A DNA stretch of 58,613 bases from a virus (Duplodnaviria; Caudoviricetes): IMG/VR virus record IMGVR_UViG_3300030102_005973, positions 1 through 58,613 of that record. One strand, written 5' to 3'. The notes under the pieces are model-generated. The model was given only the letters and a program-made list of their open reading frames with translations, did not search any database and had not been told where the DNA came from. Made by a program: the position numbers and the translations under genes. Shown in pieces: positions 55,216 to 58,613 of the stretch (its first letter is position 1; each line of letters starts with the position of its first letter).

Positions 55216-55817
55216 AAAATTATTACAAAGCATTGGCAGGATTCCAACAAGAATGCCCTGTCTTATTAAAGGATACCGATGGGTATAACTACAAGTACAT
55301 TGATCTTCCTAAGATCATCCACACAATTAATCCACTAATGAAAAAGTACGGATTAGGATTTACACAAAAATTAGGGACTAACAAACAAACGCAACAACCA
55401 TGTCTAACCACAACTATCTTTCATGTTGATAGTGGGGAGTTTGATACAGATACTGTTGACATTCCTTTGGTAGAGATAAAGAGCCAAAATTTATATCAAT
55501 CTCTTGGTTCTGGTACTACATATTTTAGAAGGTATGCACTATCTTGTCAACTCGGTATTGTAAGTGACAAAGACCTTGATGCATATGGCGAACAAGTAAA
55601 ACCTGTGGCTAAAAAACAATTAGACTTGGGTGTTCCAAAAAAGAAAGGTAGTGTTCCTACTGGCGATGTGTTTGAAGATTTAATTACCATAAAAAAAGGC
55701 ATTGACAATGGTAAGGATTTAGAAAAAGATATTGTTCCATGGCTTAGAAAGACATATGATGATGTAACAATTGAAGAAATTAAAACTAAAATAGATGGCA
55801 AAGAAAAAGTTAAGTAA
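55212..55817 (+). CDS. ERF-family single-strand annealing protein
   Basis: Y.Y.DL and Q..GS..TY.RRYAL....GI....D.D ERF motif. Confidence 0.85.
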   Translation: MKNYYKALAGFQQECPVLLKDTDGYNYKYIDLPKIIHTINPLMKKYGLGFTQKLGTNKQTQQPCLTTTIFHVDSGEFDTDTVDIPLVEIKSQNLYQSLGSGTTYFRRYALSCQLGIVSDKDLDAYGEQVKPVAKKQLDLGVPKKKGSVPTGDVFEDLITIKKGIDNGKDLEKDIVPWLRKTYDDVTIEEIKTKIDGKEKVK

Positions 55818-56610
55818 CAAAGAAATTATTAAAAGGCTTCGTAACGATGATGATTATTACGGAGAGTTTGGAAAGCAATGGCTTTCTAATTCTAACATCA
55901 AAGACTTGCAACCAAAAACATTCAAGCAGTTTGGTCAGGTGATGGAAGACAATGAAAACTTTATCAAAGGAAGGTACTTTCATCAACTAATTTTAGAGCC
56001 TGAGAAAGCAAAAAACTTTCCCATTTTTACTGAAACCAAAACAAGGGGAGTTAAGTATGAAGAGTATCTCAAGGCAAACAAAATTTCATCTGCAATATTA
56101 GAGCACGAGGCCATACTTATGGAGGAACTGCGTGATGAACTCCTGAATGTCAAAGGCTATGGGGGTGCCAAGCAACAGATAGCTGATCTCATTTTAGACA
56201 AGGATGCCGAGTATGAGGTGCCTATTGTTGGTGAAATATTTGGCCATCCTTTCAAAGCAAAGGCTGACATAATAAGTAAGGGTGTGGTTATTGATTTAAA
56301 AACAACAACGGCCAAGCACGATGAGGAGTTTAGGTGGCTTGGAAAAAACAAATACTTCTATGACACTCAGGCTTACATCTATCAAACGTTGTTTGATAAG
56401 CCGATGACTTTTATCGCAATAGATAAAAATCAAAAGGTATATGGGGACACTGGCGAAACCTATCATGAAATTTATGTCTGCCCGGTAAGTGAGGATACGG
56501 CACTTGAAGGGAAAAAAAAGGTGGAGTCGGCCATTCAACTCTATGAATACTATCATGGAAAGAATAAAAAAGAAGACATAAGAAACGTAATATATAATCT
56601 TAAATTTTAA
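55795..56610 (+). CDS. RecE-like PD-(D/E)XK exonuclease
   Basis: LS.S.IK, G...H..ILEP, K.KAD, DLKTT, Y..QAYIY; next to ERF. Confidence 0.8.
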   Translation: MAKKKLSNKEIIKRLRNDDDYYGEFGKQWLSNSNIKDLQPKTFKQFGQVMEDNENFIKGRYFHQLILEPEKAKNFPIFTETKTRGVKYEEYLKANKISSAILEHEAILMEELRDELLNVKGYGGAKQQIADLILDKDAEYEVPIVGEIFGHPFKAKADIISKGVVIDLKTTTAKHDEEFRWLGKNKYFYDTQAYIYQTLFDKPMTFIAIDKNQKVYGDTGETYHEIYVCPVSEDTALEGKKKVESAIQLYEYYHGKNKKEDIRNVIYNLKF

Positions 56611-56613
56611 ACT

Positions 56614-56877
56614 ATGAGTGAATTTGTGCATCAACCTGGCAGAGCAAGTATCTTTGCAAACAAAGACAAACAAGGCAAACAGCCTGACTACACCGGCAAA
56701 GGAAAAGATATTGAAGGAAGAGATATTGAGATCGCCGCTTGGGTAGCAACAAGTGAAAAGGGAAACAAGTATCTTTCTATGAAAATGCAATATCCTAAAA
56801 CAGAAGAAGACATGGCTCCAAAGAAAGCACCTGAGCCAATAAAAGAAGAGCAAGAAGACCCGGATTTGCCTTTTTAG
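56614..56877 (+). CDS. Putative single-stranded DNA-binding protein
   Basis: QPDYTG, AAW, G.KYLS and acidic DLPF tail. Confidence 0.65.
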   Translation: MSEFVHQPGRASIFANKDKQGKQPDYTGKGKDIEGRDIEIAAWVATSEKGNKYLSMKMQYPKTEEDMAPKKAPEPIKEEQEDPDLPF

Positions 56878-56894
56878 GCAACCCCAATCAAATT

Positions 56895-56923
56895 AGGGGG
56901 AGTACAACTCCCCCTTTTTTTTT
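56895..56923 (+). terminator. Rho-independent terminator
   Basis: AGGGGGAGT/ACTCCCCCT stem plus T run. Confidence 0.85.
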
Positions 56924-57080
56924 GTGTCGAATGTTGATTTTATTTTAGCTTACTGAAATATATATTTTTATATTTATAATCTGTTTTTTTAAATTTAAAA
57001 TCATATTTAATTTCAACATTTTTAACACAACCCCCGCCAACTAAAAGATTTAAAGATAATAACCAACACAAAACCAACAT
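56922..57080. other. Origin-like element B
   Basis: AATGTTGA/TCAACATT inverted repeat around an AT-rich core, with AACA(C/T) repeats, directly upstream of the primase gene. Confidence 0.45.
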
Positions 57081-57085
57081 TATTC

Positions 57086-58613
57086 ATGTCAAACATCGTA
57101 ACAATATTTAAAAATATTAACACAACAACCTCGCCTTTTTTTAGAGATGTTGAAGTTATACTGAAAAGAATAAAGGAAGGTGCTTCTAAAGAGTTAGTAA
57201 AATCAATTCGAAAAGAGCAAGATAAAGCGAAACGCAATGAGCTAAAAAAAGAGCTTCCGTCAATATGTTTTAGCGGTAAGTTTAACAAGAGGTCTGATGT
57301 TTCATTATTAGAGCATAGCGGACTTATATGTCTTGACTTTGATGGCTATAGTAAAAAGCAAGAACTACTTAATGACAAAGCAAAGTTTGCCAAGAATAAA
57401 TATGTATACTCGGTTTTTATATCACCCTCTGGAAAGGGATTGAAAGTATTAGTGAGGATACCACCCAAAGCTGATAATCATGTTGGATACTTTGTGGCTT
57501 TAGAAAAGTATTTTAAATCACAATACTTTGACAAAACATCCAAAAATCTAAGCAGGGTTTGTTATGAATCCTATGATCCTTTAATTGAGATTAACAATGA
57601 CTCAAAGGTTTGGGAATCTGCTGAGGATTTACAATACAAAGAGGTAAACAAAACACATGGAGTAAAAACAATACCTATTACTGATGAGAATAAAATTGTA
57701 GATATTCTTGTTAAGTGGTGGCAAAAGAAATATCCAATGTCAGAAGGCCAAAGAAATCAAAACGCCTTTGTATTGGCCATGGCATTTAACGACTTTGGAA
57801 TACCTCAATCAACTGCATCATTAGTTCTGAGTCAATACCAAAGTAGAACGTTTAACTCAACTGAGATAAATAACACCATCAACTCTGCATACTCAAATAA
57901 AAAAAACTTTAACACTAAGTATTACGAGGATGAGGAAAAGATAAATGAGATACAACAAAGATTAAGACGCGGAGAATCAAAAAAAGCAATTCGCCAACAC
58001 TTAGAGGAGTCGAGTTTGGCGACAGATGTAATTGACTCCGTACTTGAAAAGGCAGAAGAAGACAACTCAGTCAAATTTTGGACCATGAGTTCAAAAGGTG
58101 TTGTCAAGGCTATACCTCTGATATTTAAAAGATTTCTTGAAACAAATGGTTACTTTAAATTTTGTCCTGAAGGCCAAAAGAACTATGTATTTGTAAAGGT
58201 TACTAACAATCTTATAGATCATACAACTGAAAAGGATATCAAAGACTTTATTTTAAACCATCTGCATGACTTGGAGGACATGGCTATATATAATTACTTT
58301 GCTGATCAAACAAGGCTTTTCAAGGAAGACTTTTTGTCATTGCTTGGTACTATAGATATATATTTTATTGAGGACACATTAGATACATCGTACTTATACT
58401 ATGAGAATTGTGCAGTGAAGATTACCAAAGACAAGGTTGAGGCCATTGATTATCTTGATTTGGATGGATACGTTTGGAAAGATCATATTATAAACAGAAA
58501 ATATTCAAGATGTACTAATGTAAAAAATGACTTTCAGACATTTGTAAACAATATCTCAAACAAAGAAGAAAAACGAACAACAACTTTGGAATCTACATTA
58601 GGCTATCTCATGA
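57086..58613 (+). CDS. Primase-helicase, N-terminal part (VirE-N/BT4734-like AEP plus PriCT-like); continues into 1-986
   Basis: Hand translation: HSGLICLDFD, FISPSGKGLK, SRVCYESYD, GQRN. Missing from the ORF track because it has no stop before the window end. Confidence 0.85.
   Translation, partial: MSNIVTIFKNINTTTSPFFRDVEVILKRIKEGASKELVKSIRKEQDKAKRNELKKELPSICFSGKFNKRSDVSLLEHSGLICLDFDGYSKKQELLNDKAKFAKNKYVYSVFISPSGKGLKVLVRIPPKADNHVGYFVALEKYFKSQYFDKTSKNLSRVCYESYDPLIEINNDSKVWESAEDLQYKEVNKTHGVKTIPITDENKIVDILVKWWQKKYPMSEGQRNQNAFVLAMAFNDFGIPQSTASLVLSQYQSRTFNSTEINNTINSAYSNKKNFNTKYYEDEEKINEIQQRLRRGESKKAIRQHLEESSLATDVIDSVLEKAEEDNSVKFWTMSSKGVVKAIPLIFKRFLETNGYFKFCPEGQKNYVFVKVTNNLIDHTTEKDIKDFILNHLHDLEDMAIYNYFADQTRLFKEDFLSLLGTIDIYFIEDTLDTSYLYYENCAVKITKDKVEAIDYLDLDGYVWKDHIINRKYSRCTNVKNDFQTFVNNISNKEEKRTTTLESTLGYLM
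58515..58613. repeat. Terminal direct repeat, right copy
   Basis: Matches 1-99 except for the last base. Confidence 0.95.

Overview
Apparently complete circular genome (~58.5 kb; first and last 99 nt overlap, last base mismatched) of a lytic dsDNA tailed phage. The host is inferred to be Bacteroidota (Flavobacteriia-like), from repeated TAnnTTTG promoters, AT-rich non-SD leaders and a VirE-N/BT4734-like primase. The + strand arm (~50.1 kb through the junction to ~3.55 kb) holds early and replication genes: ArdC-like, ERF recombinase, PD-(D/E)XK exonuclease, SSB-like, primase-helicase, SF2 helicase, VRR-NUC. The - strand arm (~49.7 kb down to ~3.55 kb) holds GroEL/GroES, about 11 basic microproteins, fibres, lysis genes, terminase, portal, capsid, short-tail proteins and a 2635-aa ejection polyprotein. 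No DNA polymerase, integrase, tRNA, CRISPR array or reverse transcriptase was recognised. Most notable: (1) two canonical hammerhead ribozymes and a tRNA-like minihelix in three early-operon spacers, each followed by a shared leader, suggesting an RNA-processing system; (2) a GT60-type GlcNAc transferase between two virion genes with mucin-like Pro/Thr linkers, suggesting phage-encoded O-glycosylation; (3) a 28-aa CDGSH Fe-S microprotein; (4) cassettes in the ejection protein delimited by a repeated RQQ motif. All family calls come from motif recognition by eye, not database searches.
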